Assembly: GCA_043738315.1 (NCBI GenBank)
Contig: JAYUGT010000287.1
Location: forward strand, 1-53,317
Direction: 5' to 3'
Length of the DNA: 53,317 nt
Source: Gammaproteobacteria bacterium
GTDB lineage: Bacteria; Pseudomonadota; Gammaproteobacteria; Steroidobacterales; Steroidobacteraceae
Shown: one piece after another, positions 1 through 9,938 of the stretch
Layout of the letters: the number at the start of each line of letters is the position of its first letter
Position numbering within the stretch: position 1 is the first letter of the stretch
Program-made: the position numbers and the translations under genes
Notes under the pieces: generated by a model
The model's input: the letters and a program-made list of their open reading frames with translations, nothing else
Databases searched by the model: none
What the model was told of the DNA's origin: nothing

Positions 1-1476
1 GTCGCCATCGCTGATCGCAAACCACTCGCCGTCCCAGTCCTGGGTGAGTTCGCCGGCAGCCGAGACTTCCACCGGCAGCGACCCGATCATGAGCCGGGCA
101 TCGCCCTGTGGAATTGCGACGATAAAGCGGACATTGTCGATGTCGTCAGCGCTCAGGCGCGCCGTAATTTTGGCCGATTTGCCGCTGGCGAGTTCCTCGG
201 TGTCGGATTTTACGGGGCTGATCTGCGGGTCGGTTTTGTCCTGCGCTTCAATGCTGGAATATTCCTGCAGGAATGGAAACCAGCGGTTACTCTGCGCAAA
301 GCCCGTTTCGTTGTAGGCGGTTTCACCGCGGGCCGCGAGTTTCTCCCGATTGGGAGGAAAGAAAATCGACATGCCAGACGCGTTAGGTCGCGCCTGGCCG
401 TGTATTTCGTAAACGACGGCGCTGCGCACCGCCGCCTCGACGCCGCCGGCCGCACGCTTGCTGGCGTCGTCCCTGACCATCGCCGCCACGTTCTGCGCGA
501 ACTGCAGCAAATCGTAGACCAGGGATCCGCCGCGCGCGCCGGTTGACCGGCCGTATTCCCCGGTGTCGCTGCGGGCGCGCGCCAGAGATACCCACGCGGC
601 GCGCCCGCCGCGCGCCAGGTGGGCGCTGGTCGCCGCCGATAACGCCTGGACCGCGCCTTCGACCGCCGGAATTTTCGCAAGATCAAGCAGCGACAGCGTG
701 ATGCCTTTGGCCTGGTCTTCAGCACCGAAGGAAGCGCGATAACTGTCGATGATCATGCGACCTAACACGGCGCCGTCCGAACCCGGTGCGCGATTCACGG
801 CGGTCAGCCAGGCCGTGTAGTCCCAGCCTTCCACCGGTTCGATTTCTTCGGAGGCGAGCAGGTACTTTGCGAACGGCGTCAATGCCGCCGCGACCTCGAG
901 ATTGGCCATCACACAGGCGTCGAAGCCAATGAGTTCCAGCTTGCCGTGCTTGGCCACCACGTCCTGCAGCACCGAGGAAATTTCCAGCAGCGTCAGGGTA
1001 TCGCTATCGTTGCTTTCATCGACTGCAACTCCGGGCCAGGCCATGCCGTGATCGCCGAACACCAGCGCAAAGCGCTGCGCGGGGTAATCGCGCATCGTAG
1101 ATTCGACGAAATCGCTGAGCGTGGCCGGATTACCCATGTTGGCCTCGCCCTTGTCAGCCAGCTCACGCAACTTGCCGGGTTCAACGTACAGGAGTTTCGC
1201 ACTGGTCCAGTCCGGAAGATTGGCGACGCTGCTGTTAGTGTATTTGCCGTCGCCCCGCGGATGCCGGTCCGCCAGCACTACGACATTGACCTGGGCGGTG
1301 CTGCCCACCTTGAGCATCTCCCGCAGGTCCTGCATCTGCGGCGCCTCGAGGTCATTGTCGGCGGCAAGATAGATCATGACGGTCCAGGCGGCGGGCGCCG
1401 CCTGGGCTACGGCGACCTGCGCGCCACAACTCAAAGCTAACAAAGCGATGATCAAAACGCGAAAGCAGTGGTCCAT
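1..1476 (-). CDS. Secreted clostripain-family (peptidase C11) cysteine peptidase, C-terminus cut by the window edge
   Basis: Not in the supplied track. The minus-strand frame is open from ATG at 1476 down to base 1; I checked every triplet and found no TTA/CTA/TCA in that phase, so the stop lies left of the window. N-terminus MDHCFRVLIIALLALSCGAQVAVAQA looks like a Sec signal. AADNDLE, FGDHGMAW (His) and IGFDACVM (Cys) match the C11 His-Cys dyad context. Confidence 0.75.
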   Translation of the reverse strand, partial: MDHCFRVLIIALLALSCGAQVAVAQAAPAAWTVMIYLAADNDLEAPQMQDLREMLKVGSTAQVNVVVLADRHPRGDGKYTNSSVANLPDWTSAKLLYVEPGKLRELADKGEANMGNPATLSDFVESTMRDYPAQRFALVFGDHGMAWPGVAVDESNDSDTLTLLEISSVLQDVVAKHGKLELIGFDACVMANLEVAAALTPFAKYLLASEEIEPVEGWDYTAWLTAVNRAPGSDGAVLGRMIIDSYRASFGAEDQAKGITLSLLDLAKIPAVEGAVQALSAATSAHLARGGRAAWVSLARARSDTGEYGRSTGARGGSLVYDLLQFAQNVAAMVRDDASKRAAGGVEAAVRSAVVYEIHGQARPNASGMSIFFPPNREKLAARGETAYNETGFAQSNRWFPFLQEYSSIEAQDKTDPQISPVKSDTEELASGKSAKITARLSADDIDNVRFIVAIPQGDARLMIGSLPVEVSAAGELTQDWDGEWFAISDGD

Positions 1477-1484
1477 GAATTATT

Positions 1485-2471
1485 TCAGCCCAGGCGGATG
1501 ATGACTTTGCCGTCGCGCTCGACGCCGGTGAGGGCCGCGCGCTGGCAGGCCGCAACGATGTCGTCCAGTCCATAGACGCCCGCGATTCGCGCCTGCAGGG
1601 TGCCGCTCGCCATGCGCTCGGCCAGGCGGGCATACATCGCGCGGACTTTCGCCGGCGTCCAGTGCTGCTGGAACTGGCGGCCGAAGCTGACACCCACGAG
1701 ACGAATGTCACTGCGGAACATCAGGTAGAAGTCGAGGTGACAGGGTTCGCGCGACATCGCGCCGTAGCTGGCGACCGTGCTGCCCGGCGCGAGGCAACGC
1801 GCAAGCCGCTGCGTGGCCGCTCCTGCAACAGCGTCAAACGCGACCTTCGGCGCGACCCCTCCGGTAGCGCTGGCGACCCGCGCTGGCAGGTCATCGCCAT
1901 CCAGCAGCACGACATCGCCACCCAGGGTTGTTAGCTCGGGAACCAGCTCGGCGCGCCGCACCACGTTGACGGTGCGGATGCCACGCTCGCGGGCAAGGCG
2001 GATCACGTAGCGGCCACAGCTGGAATTGGCTGCGTTCTGAATCAGCCAGTCGCCGGGCGCGAGATTGCCGTAGTCCGACAGCAGTACTTCGGCGGTGGCG
2101 CCGTTGACGACTAACAAGGAGAGCTGGATCGCGTCGCCGGGCGGCGCCGGCAGGCAGGCGGCAGCTTTGCAGCGCACTTCCTCGCGAAAGGTCCCGCTGC
2201 CGAGCGCGGCAAAGACCCGGTCACCGACGGTGTATTCGCGCACGCCGCGGCCGCAACGGGCGACATGTCCAATGCCCTCGAACCCGGGCGTGCGTGGCAA
2301 CGGCGGTTGAAATCCGGGCAACCCGCGTATGGTGAACAGGTCCGCGATGTGCAGCGCCGCGGCTTCCATGCGGATGACGACTTCATCGTCCTCCGGCATC
2401 TCCTGCGGCAGGTCAACTACCTTTAGCACCTGCTCGGGTGGCCCAAATTCGAAATGTCGCGCTGCTCGCAT
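1485..2471 (-). CDS. Medium-chain dehydrogenase/reductase family NAD(P)H-dependent enoyl/quinone reductase
   Basis: 328-aa ORF with a GroES-like N-domain (TPGFEGIGHV) followed by a Rossmann region, as in zinc-free MDR oxidoreductases. Confidence 0.8.
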   Translation of the reverse strand: MRAARHFEFGPPEQVLKVVDLPQEMPEDDEVVIRMEAAALHIADLFTIRGLPGFQPPLPRTPGFEGIGHVARCGRGVREYTVGDRVFAALGSGTFREEVRCKAAACLPAPPGDAIQLSLLVVNGATAEVLLSDYGNLAPGDWLIQNAANSSCGRYVIRLARERGIRTVNVVRRAELVPELTTLGGDVVLLDGDDLPARVASATGGVAPKVAFDAVAGAATQRLARCLAPGSTVASYGAMSREPCHLDFYLMFRSDIRLVGVSFGRQFQQHWTPAKVRAMYARLAERMASGTLQARIAGVYGLDDIVAACQRAALTGVERDGKVIIRLG

Positions 2472-2516
2472 TGCGCTAGGCTAACCCACACAGGCGGTAA
2501 AATCACCGAGGTTGTC

Positions 2517-3452
2517 ATGACCCCACCGATCCCGAGGCGGACGTTGCTACAGACGTTAGGTGCCGCAGGCGCTGCGGCGGCCCTGCGCACCAACGATGCA
2601 TCTGCCTCATCACGGGCTCGCGGACCGTTGCGTTTTGACTTCAACAGGCCCAACGACAGCATCGAGGCCTTTACGCGGGTTCGCGGCGATGTGTCGGGCA
2701 AGCGCGTGTATACCCACACCCGTGGCCGCGTCTACATCGTGCAGCCCGGCCAGCCGGCGACCCCGTTCCTGGGCTATGAGTCCGGGCTGGTGGACGAATA
2801 TCGCGCCCAGGGCAACGCCGTCTATCTGCAGACCCGGCGCGAGATGATGCATTTCATCGATCTCAAATCCGGCGGCCTCGCGCAAAGCGTCGCCAATCCG
2901 ATCACGGGCCGGCGCAACCGGCCGATCAACGGCCTGGTCGGTCCGCTGAAATTTGCGGTCACGCCGCAGGGCATCGCCTTCAACACGCACGACCCGGCGC
3001 AGGCGCCCGGCAAACCGTTAGCCCTGCTGTGGGAAACCCGGCCGGCATCCACCATCGTGACCATGGAGACGCTGCGCCGCTACCGCAACTCGCAGCAACC
3101 CGCCGAGTGGCCGACCGTATCCACCGGCGAGTATCGCTGCTACGAGGATTTTCTGAGCTACACGGTCGACACCGCCGCGCTGCATGCGCGCCGCGCAGCG
3201 AGCCTCGATTCGAAGTTGTTCTACAGCGGACAGACGGACCTGCAACCCTGGATGCTGGTGGGCCAGGCGCCCGGCCACAACCTGTGGCATGCCACCGGAT
3301 TCAAGACCTCGCGCTTCGACGACCTGCCGGCGGAGTTCGTCAAGCTAACAAATCAACTGCACCCGGGGCTTTGGGATGACCCCTTCGGTTACACTGAGAA
3401 GACCCTGTCGTACGAAGATCAACTGCGCGAGCGGCTGAAGGACGCAGCATGA
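2517..3452 (+). CDS. Tat-exported protein of unknown function
   Basis: Same frame as track ORF 2454..3452. Start moved to ATG 2517, which has GAGG 7 nt upstream. MTPPIPRRTLLQTLGAAGAAAALRTNDASA is a twin-arginine signal. I recognised no family. Confidence 0.65.
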   Translation: MTPPIPRRTLLQTLGAAGAAAALRTNDASASSRARGPLRFDFNRPNDSIEAFTRVRGDVSGKRVYTHTRGRVYIVQPGQPATPFLGYESGLVDEYRAQGNAVYLQTRREMMHFIDLKSGGLAQSVANPITGRRNRPINGLVGPLKFAVTPQGIAFNTHDPAQAPGKPLALLWETRPASTIVTMETLRRYRNSQQPAEWPTVSTGEYRCYEDFLSYTVDTAALHARRAASLDSKLFYSGQTDLQPWMLVGQAPGHNLWHATGFKTSRFDDLPAEFVKLTNQLHPGLWDDPFGYTEKTLSYEDQLRERLKDAA

Positions 3453-4222
3453 GCCGGATCACGAAACGCACGTTCATTATGGCGTGGGCAGCAAGCGCGC
3501 TGCTACTCAGCGCATGTGCCACGACCGCACCGGCTCGACCATCACGTGCAACGGCACCCGCAGCGGCTGCGGGCATTGAGCGCTGGTTCAATCCTGAATC
3601 TCTGCATCTGCTGGCGTTGCTGCCGCCGGTGCCGGACGCCGCAGCCACGCGCCAGGAACTCGACCTGCTGCTCTCGCGGCAGTCGCAGCGCAGCGAAGCC
3701 GCGTGCCACGCGGCGGATGAGGACGCGAACAAGAAGTTGACGCGATTTGCCGTGGCGTTAGGTCTGAAGGCCGATGCCAGCGATCCGCATCTCGAAGCTG
3801 CCGGGCGCATCCTCGACGATCTGCGCATGCTGCAGGAACGGATCACCAATCGCGTCAAGGACGCAACCAATCGGCCGCGGCCTTTCCGGCAGGACGCCCG
3901 CGTGACGACCTGCATCGAGCGGCCGATGTCCGATTCATATCCGAGCGGGCACGCCACCTTTGGCATGGCCGCCGCGCTGCTGCTGGCGGACATGGTCCCG
4001 GAGCGCCGCGCCGAGCTGCTGGCCCGGGGCATCGAATATGGCGAACAGCGCGTGGTCGGCGGCGTGCATTTCCCGAGCGACGTGGCCGCGGGACGCACCG
4101 CGGGAACGATTATCGCCGCTTTCCTGTTAGCCTCGCCGCAGTACCAGAAGGAATCCGCCAGCGCGCGCGAGGGATTGCGGGCCGCGCTCGGCCTGCCACC
4201 GACGCCGCGGCAACAATACTAA
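3449..4222 (+). CDS. Class A acid phosphatase / PAP2-family lipoprotein
   Basis: PAP2 motifs KDATNRPRP, YPSGH and GGVHFPSD are present. The N-terminus has lipobox LLLSAC. ATGA overlap with the upstream gene. Confidence 0.85.
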   Translation: MSRITKRTFIMAWAASALLLSACATTAPARPSRATAPAAAAGIERWFNPESLHLLALLPPVPDAAATRQELDLLLSRQSQRSEAACHAADEDANKKLTRFAVALGLKADASDPHLEAAGRILDDLRMLQERITNRVKDATNRPRPFRQDARVTTCIERPMSDSYPSGHATFGMAAALLLADMVPERRAELLARGIEYGEQRVVGGVHFPSDVAAGRTAGTIIAAFLLASPQYQKESASAREGLRAALGLPPTPRQQY

Positions 4223-4258
4223 GCGCCCCGGTCCGTCGCACGGCGCTACAATTGTGCG

Positions 4259-5224
4259 ATGTCCCGATCCGCCTGCCTTTTGATCATCGCGACCGCGGCG
4301 CTAGGTGCCTGCGGTCGCAGCAATACGGAATTTCTCCCCGGAACGGTTGAGAGGGACCGGATCGAGGTCGGGGCCGAAACCACTGATCCGATCGTCGAAC
4401 GGCGTGTTAACGAAGGCCAGGTCGTGAAGCGCGGTGACATCCTGCTGGTGCAGGACACGGTGATTGCGCGCGCACAAATGGACGCCGCGCAAGCCACCGT
4501 GGCCCAGCAGCAGGCGCAACTATCCGAACGCACCGCCGGCGCCCGCAGCGAAGATCGCGCCGCCGCGCGGGCACGGGTCGATCGGGCGCGTGTACAGCTG
4601 CAGGTGGAAACGCGCGAGTGGCAACGGTTGAACGAACTGGTCGGCCAGAAACTCATCAGCGAATCCGCGCTTGCCAGGCAGAAAGGCCTGAGCGACGCCG
4701 CAGCCGCGTCGCTGCGCGAGGCCGGGCAGGCGCTGGCAGCACTCGAGCATGGCACGCGGCCGGAACAGATTGCGCAGGCGCGCCAGTCCCTGGAACAGGC
4801 GCGCGCGCAGCAGCGCGAACTGGCGGCAAGCACCGGGCGGCTCACGGTGGCGGCGCCGGTGGATGGGATCGTGGACGCGCTGCCTTATCAGATCGGCGAG
4901 CGGCCGGCCAGGGGCGGCGCGATAGCAGTTCTGTTAGCCAGCGGCGCGCCGTTCGTGCGCGCATACCTGCCGGAACCAAGGCGCGCGGGCGTCAGGGTAG
5001 GAACACGCGCCAGAGTACATGTAGACGGTGTGGGCACGCCTTTCGACGGCGTGGTGCGCTATGTGTCGAGCGAAGCCGCCTATACGCCGTATTACTCTTT
5101 GACGGCCGCCGATCGCGGGCGCCTCGCCTTTCGCCTTGAAGTGACCTTGCCAGGTGATGCGGCGAAGTCACTGCCCTCCGGCGTGCCGGCGGACGTGGAA
5201 TTATTGCCCGCGAATTCGCCGTGA
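4259..5224 (+). CDS. HlyD-family membrane-fusion lipoprotein (YbhG-like) of an ABC-2 efflux system
   Basis: Lipobox ALGAC, a long coiled-coil (AQ-rich) middle region and beta-barrel ends. GTGA overlap with the downstream ABC ATPase. Confidence 0.85.
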   Translation: MSRSACLLIIATAALGACGRSNTEFLPGTVERDRIEVGAETTDPIVERRVNEGQVVKRGDILLVQDTVIARAQMDAAQATVAQQQAQLSERTAGARSEDRAAARARVDRARVQLQVETREWQRLNELVGQKLISESALARQKGLSDAAAASLREAGQALAALEHGTRPEQIAQARQSLEQARAQQRELAASTGRLTVAAPVDGIVDALPYQIGERPARGGAIAVLLASGAPFVRAYLPEPRRAGVRVGTRARVHVDGVGTPFDGVVRYVSSEAAYTPYYSLTAADRGRLAFRLEVTLPGDAAKSLPSGVPADVELLPANSP

Positions 5225-6174
5225 CCGCAACACCAACCGACGCGGCGATCGTCGCCCGCGGACTGACCCGGCGCTTCGGTGCGCTGACCGCGGTGGATCA
5301 CGTCGATCTCGACGTGCCACGCGGGCGCATCTACGGTTTTCTCGGACCTAACGGCTCTGGCAAATCCACGACGCTGCGCATGCTTTGCGGCCTGCTGCGG
5401 CCGAGTGCCGGCAGCGCCACGGTACTCGGATTCGATGTCGCAAAGTCGCCGGACGAGGTGCGTCGGCACCTGGGATACATGACGCAGAAATTCTCGCTCT
5501 GGGACGACCTGACGGTTCTCGAAAATCTGCATTTCATGGGGTCGATTTACGGACTCGGCAAACAGGCGTTGCAGCGCCGCATTGACGAGCTGTTGGCTGA
5601 GTATTCGCTGGCCGGCCTGCGGAACCAGCGTGCTGGCACCATGAGCGGCGGTCAACGGCAACGGCTGGCGCTGGCGGCCGCGACCATCCACGTGCCGGAA
5701 CTGCTGCTGCTCGATGAGCCTACGAGCGCGGTCGACCCGCAGAGCCGGCGCGACTTCTGGGACCGGCTCTTTGCATTGGCCAATGCGGGCACAACGGTAT
5801 TGGTTTCCACGCATTACATGGACGAGGCGGAGCGCTGTCATCGGCTGGCGATCCTTGCCGAAGGCCGACTGGTGGCGGAAGGAGCGCCAGCCGACCTGAT
5901 GGAGAACATCGCGGCCGATGTGCTGCGACTGGATCGAGACCCCGGCGTGGCGCTGCGCGCCAAGATCGCCGCGCAACCGGGCGTGTTGGGTGTCGCGCAG
6001 ATCGGCGCGCAACTGCGCATCATCTGCGCCAGGGGAGACGGGCAGGAACGCGCGCGGCTGCAGGAATTGCTGCGTGCTGCGGGCGATACCACGGCGCTGG
6101 AGCCCATCCAGGCGAATCTTGAAGACGTTTTTGTCGTCGCGACTCACGCGCCATCCAATCGGGCAGCCGCATGA
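5221..6174 (+). CDS. ABC transporter ATP-binding protein (ABC-2 type)
   Basis: Walker A GPNGSGKST, signature MSGGQRQR and Walker B LLLLDEPT. Confidence 0.9.
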   Translation: MTATPTDAAIVARGLTRRFGALTAVDHVDLDVPRGRIYGFLGPNGSGKSTTLRMLCGLLRPSAGSATVLGFDVAKSPDEVRRHLGYMTQKFSLWDDLTVLENLHFMGSIYGLGKQALQRRIDELLAEYSLAGLRNQRAGTMSGGQRQRLALAAATIHVPELLLLDEPTSAVDPQSRRDFWDRLFALANAGTTVLVSTHYMDEAERCHRLAILAEGRLVAEGAPADLMENIAADVLRLDRDPGVALRAKIAAQPGVLGVAQIGAQLRIICARGDGQERARLQELLRAAGDTTALEPIQANLEDVFVVATHAPSNRAAA

Positions 6175-7268
6175 ACGCCTGGCGCCGCCTGTACGCGATC
6201 GCCTGGAAGGAAGCCACGCAGTTGCGCCGCGATCGCCTTTCCTTTGGCATGATCGTAGGCCTGCCTTTGATACAGATGTTGCTGTTCGGCTACGCGATCA
6301 ACTTCGATGTCCGCGGCCTGAAAGCGGTCGTCGTCGACGAAGCTAACACGACGGCCTCCAGGGATTACATCGCGGCACTTGCGGCGACACAGGTCGTCGG
6401 CCGGCCGCGCGCGCTGGCCTCCGGCGCCGCCGCGGATGCCGCGCTGCGCACCGGCGCCGCCAGCGTTGCGATCCTCATTCCAGGCGATTTCGACCGTCGC
6501 ATCCAGGGCGGTGCGCGCTCGGCGGCGCAAATCATCGTCGACGGCGCCGAGCCCAGCATCCAGTCGGTGGTGCAGGGCCTGGTGGCGGTACCGCTCAACG
6601 CGAGGCACGGCGCGGTACAGACGAACGCGCGAATGGTGGAGGTACGCACTTACTACAACCCGGAACGCCGCACGGCGGTGCAAATCGTGCCGGCACTCAT
6701 CGGCGTCATCCTGTCGGTCACGATGGTGTTGTTTACTTCCGGCGCCATCGTGCGCGAGCGCGAGCGCGGTAACCTGGAACTGCTGATCGCGACGCCGGTC
6801 GGGCGCACCGAGCTGCTGGTCGGAAAATTCCTGCCCTACGTCGCCATCGGGCTGGTGCAGACCACGCTCATTCTGTTAGTCGGCCGCTGGCTCTTCAATG
6901 TCCCCATTGTCGGCAGCCTGTTGCAGCTCTATGTCGCCGCGTTGCTGTTCGTCGGAGCGTCACTCGCCCTCGGCCTGCTGGTGTCGACGTTCGCGCAGAC
7001 GCAGTTCCAGGCCTTTCAACTCGCGTTCATGACCATGCTGCCGTCGATCCTGTTGTCCGGCTTCATGTTTCCTTACGACGGCATGCCAAAGTTCGCGCAG
7101 TGGATTGCGCAGCTGATCCCGCTGACGCATTTCAACATCCTGGTGCGCGGCATCGTCCTGCGGGGCGCCGATCTCACGGAACTTGCGCCGCAGCTCCTGA
7201 AGCTGCTGGTTTTCATGCTCGCGATGTTCACCATTGCGCTGCTGCGTTTCCGCAAGCGGCTCGACTGA
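6171..7268 (+). CDS. ABC-2 family transporter permease (YbhR/YbhS-like)
   Basis: 365 aa with a large N-terminal periplasmic loop and six C-terminal hydrophobic segments. ATGA overlap with the ATPase gene. Confidence 0.85.
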   Translation: MNAWRRLYAIAWKEATQLRRDRLSFGMIVGLPLIQMLLFGYAINFDVRGLKAVVVDEANTTASRDYIAALAATQVVGRPRALASGAAADAALRTGAASVAILIPGDFDRRIQGGARSAAQIIVDGAEPSIQSVVQGLVAVPLNARHGAVQTNARMVEVRTYYNPERRTAVQIVPALIGVILSVTMVLFTSGAIVRERERGNLELLIATPVGRTELLVGKFLPYVAIGLVQTTLILLVGRWLFNVPIVGSLLQLYVAALLFVGASLALGLLVSTFAQTQFQAFQLAFMTMLPSILLSGFMFPYDGMPKFAQWIAQLIPLTHFNILVRGIVLRGADLTELAPQLLKLLVFMLAMFTIALLRFRKRLD

Positions 7269-8066
7269 TCAGCGCGCCGGCGGCCGGGCATCCAGCGTGG
7301 CGAGCATTTTCCTCGAGGCGAAGTGCCGGTAACTTTGCACGGCCAGCGACAGCAATTCTCGTTTGTTAGGCCTGGCGCCGGCGAGTGACAGCGCGATCCA
7401 GCCATTGTGCCCGGCATACGGCGGCACGTGGAAACGCGGATCGAGCGTCATCATGGCCTGCTTGTCGATGCCCACCCAGAACGAGGCGACGAAGCCGCCT
7501 TGCTGGTGATAAAACTGCGCAAAGGTCTTCCTACCGGCGCGCCACACCGGAAAACCGAACTGCGTGCTTTTGTTAGCTTCGGGCAGAGACAGGCAGACGT
7601 CGTCCAGCAACGCGCGCAGACGCAGGGCCGCGGCGGAATACATCGGATCGAGTTCCGCGAGCGTGAGCCCAACGGTCGGCGGCTCGATGACCGCGGGTTT
7701 GCCGAGCCGCGTGACCAATCGCGCCGGCGCGATACTGCGATAGGCGTCCTGCACCAGGGCGGCCACGCGCTTCCAGGAAATCCCCTGGTCGAGGCGCACG
7801 CCGATCCAGCCGCTTGGGCCCACGTAAGGCGGCACGAAAAAATGCTTCGGCGCGCTGCGGACCAGATGATCCTGTGTTGCGGCGTCAGACGCGAGCCACA
7901 GCGCGATACGCTCGTCGCCATGATGATTGACAGCGAGGCTCGCGAATACCTTGCCCTTGATCACGCGGAAATTCGGCGAGCCGTGCGACAGGATTTCCTC
8001 GGTGTCCGGCAACCCGAGGCACGCTTCTGTGACTGCGTCGCGCAGATGCCGGCGCTTGCTGGCCAT
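7269..8066 (-). CDS. Tandem MmcQ/YjbR-like domain protein
   Basis: Two internal repeats, each ending in PPY(V/A)G..GWI...L (HGSPNFRVIKGKVFA... and FGFPVWRAGRKTFA...), resembling the YjbR fold family. Called by eye only. Confidence 0.5.
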   Translation of the reverse strand: MASKRRHLRDAVTEACLGLPDTEEILSHGSPNFRVIKGKVFASLAVNHHGDERIALWLASDAATQDHLVRSAPKHFFVPPYVGPSGWIGVRLDQGISWKRVAALVQDAYRSIAPARLVTRLGKPAVIEPPTVGLTLAELDPMYSAAALRLRALLDDVCLSLPEANKSTQFGFPVWRAGRKTFAQFYHQQGGFVASFWVGIDKQAMMTLDPRFHVPPYAGHNGWIALSLAGARPNKRELLSLAVQSYRHFASRKMLATLDARPPAR

Positions 8067-8084
8067 GACAGACGCCGCCCGCTG

Positions 8085-9131
8085 TTACAGAATGCCGCGC
8101 TTGCGCATGCGCTCGATCGCATCGAGCTGGCGTTGCCGGAAGAAGCTGCGGTCCGGGACGATGACCCTGCTGCCATCCAGCAGGCCGTTAGCACGGCGCA
8201 GGTCGGCGCTCGCATACGAGCCCGCGAACATTTCCAGCGCTTGGCGCGACAGCATGTTGCTCATCGCGGGCTTGTGCCGATAGGCACGCAGCCCGGCCAT
8301 GTCGAGCGAAATCTGCGCGACCGAACTCTGGCCCACGCCGGCGACGACCATCTGGTTGCCATGGTAGTCGATGATGTCGGAAAAGCCGTTGCTGGAATCC
8401 TCCGGCACGTCGATGCCACGCAGCCTGGCATTGTTAGCCGAGACCACGTAGGCGAGATTCTCCAGCGCCCGCGCACGGCGCGCGATCTGCTTGATGGTCA
8501 GCCTGGGCGACGCCACTTCGCTGGTGTTGTGCAGGAACACTTCCGCGCCGCGGATCGCCAGGCAGCGCGCCACTTCCGGGTACAGGATCTCCTCGGACGC
8601 AATTGCAGCCAGCTTGCCGAGCGGCGTGTCAGCCACCGGAAAAACCTTGTCAATGCCATAGATCTCGAGGTACTTGTCCCAGACGTCATGCGGGGTCGGC
8701 GCGAAAATGGAGATGAGCCGGCGGTAGGACAGGATCCGCCTGCCCTGGTCGTCGAACAGCCAGCAGCACTGGAAATAGAGCTCCGGGAAATGTGGGTCCA
8801 CTTCATAGCTGTTGCCGCACAGATAGACGCTGTTAGCTTTGGCAACGGCGGCGAGGCCGGCGTACTCCGGTCCGTCGATCGCGAGCGCCGCCTTGTCACG
8901 CCACTCCGCCAGCGTCTCGCCCCAGGGCGCGCCCTGCAGCGTGTACTCGGGCAACACGATCAGCCGCAAATCATCGCCGACCCATTTCTTCGCGCCGGTG
9001 ATTGCGGTGTTGATGCGTTCAATCGACGCGCTCATGCGCGCGGCGGCCGCTTTGCGCTCCTTGTCCGGGTGCACGCCGTCAACATCGATCTGCAGCGCCA
9101 TCGCGGTGTAGCGGTCAAGTCGGGTGGTCAT
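8085..9131 (-). CDS. Carbon-nitrogen hydrolase (nitrilase/amidase superfamily)
   Basis: Frame of track ORF 8085..9167. I prefer ATG 9131 because GGAG lies 8 nt upstream and this start removes the overlap with the upstream SDR gene. LRLIVLPEY (Glu) and the overall layout fit C-N hydrolases. Confidence 0.75.
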   Translation of the reverse strand: MTTRLDRYTAMALQIDVDGVHPDKERKAAAARMSASIERINTAITGAKKWVGDDLRLIVLPEYTLQGAPWGETLAEWRDKAALAIDGPEYAGLAAVAKANSVYLCGNSYEVDPHFPELYFQCCWLFDDQGRRILSYRRLISIFAPTPHDVWDKYLEIYGIDKVFPVADTPLGKLAAIASEEILYPEVARCLAIRGAEVFLHNTSEVASPRLTIKQIARRARALENLAYVVSANNARLRGIDVPEDSSNGFSDIIDYHGNQMVVAGVGQSSVAQISLDMAGLRAYRHKPAMSNMLSRQALEMFAGSYASADLRRANGLLDGSRVIVPDRSFFRQRQLDAIERMRKRGIL

Positions 9132-9147
9132 CTGGCAGTCTCCGCGC

Positions 9148-9900
9148 TCAAGGGTTGGCCTTCGCATAACTGCGCGCTTCCAGTTGCTGCGTCACGATCG
9201 GCAAACGGCTGCCGTCGGGGTCGAAAAAACAGCCGGTGTCGGTCGGCGTCAAACGGTCGATGACTCGAAACAACATATCGGCACTTTGCGCGGCAGTCAG
9301 CGCACCCGTGTTGCCGGTGGCGCGAGTCTGCACCCAGCCCGGATGCGCACAGGCGCAGGTGATGCCCCGCGCTGCTAACGCCAAGGATAGCTGAAACACC
9401 ACCTGGTTCAGCGCCGACTTGCTGGCCCGATAGCCGACGAATCCATACGAGGGGTTCGCGCCGACCCGGCTGCTGATCGCGAACATGATCTTGCGCCGGC
9501 TCGCGGCGACATGCGGCGCAAAACACTCCGCGAGACGCATCGGCGCCTGGGTGTTGATGCGGTGACAGCGGTCCCAGGCGGCGTAGTCGGTGTGACCGAA
9601 CTCGCCGGCGGTGCCGCCGGTCGCCGCGGCATTCATCAGCAGCACGTCGATGGACCTGTTTGTTAGCTTGCGGGCCAGCGCCTCGACGGCGGCGAAATCC
9701 CCGACGTCCAGCGGCAGCTTTTCGATCCGGGCCCCGTCCCGGCCGCGGCGCGCGGCATCGAGCTCCGCTGCGTCATCCGGATCACGGCAGCTCGCCAGAA
9801 CCTGCCAGCCGGCGGCCGCGAACCGGCCCGCCAGCGCCGCGCCCACACCGCGGCTGGCGCCGGTAATCAGGACCGTTGGCATTGCGTGTGCCTCGCTCAT
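9148..9900 (-). CDS. Short-chain dehydrogenase/reductase (CsgA/C-factor-like)
   Basis: TVLITGASRGVGAAL cofactor motif and a YRASK catalytic motif. Confidence 0.85.
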   Translation of the reverse strand: MSEAHAMPTVLITGASRGVGAALAGRFAAAGWQVLASCRDPDDAAELDAARRGRDGARIEKLPLDVGDFAAVEALARKLTNRSIDVLLMNAAATGGTAGEFGHTDYAAWDRCHRINTQAPMRLAECFAPHVAASRRKIMFAISSRVGANPSYGFVGYRASKSALNQVVFQLSLALAARGITCACAHPGWVQTRATGNTGALTAAQSADMLFRVIDRLTPTDTGCFFDPDGSRLPIVTQQLEARSYAKANP

Positions 9901-9938
9901 CGGACCATCATGTTACTCGTTTCGACTGCAGGTCCGTC

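Noticed and set aside
946-1440. 164-aa plus-strand ORF at the left end, together with 210..725 (-) and 383..595 (-).
   Set aside because: They overlap the much better supported minus-strand C11 peptidase frame (1..1476) and have no motifs.
5092-6147. 351-aa minus-strand ORF opposite the ABC ATPase gene. Similar cases are 49978..51126 (-), 15780..16646 (+), 36352..37230 (+) and 9897..10940 (-).
   Set aside because: Each lies antisense or out of frame to a gene with clear catalytic motifs. The compositions are Arg/Ala/Gly/Pro-dominated with no recognisable domains, so these are shadow ORFs.
7407-9263. 618-aa plus-strand ORF, the longest 'extra' ORF in the track.
   Set aside because: It runs antisense through the YjbR-like, C-N hydrolase and SDR genes. 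Its translation is Arg/Gly/Ala/His-rich and low in complexity with no motifs. This is a typical shadow ORF of GC-rich DNA.
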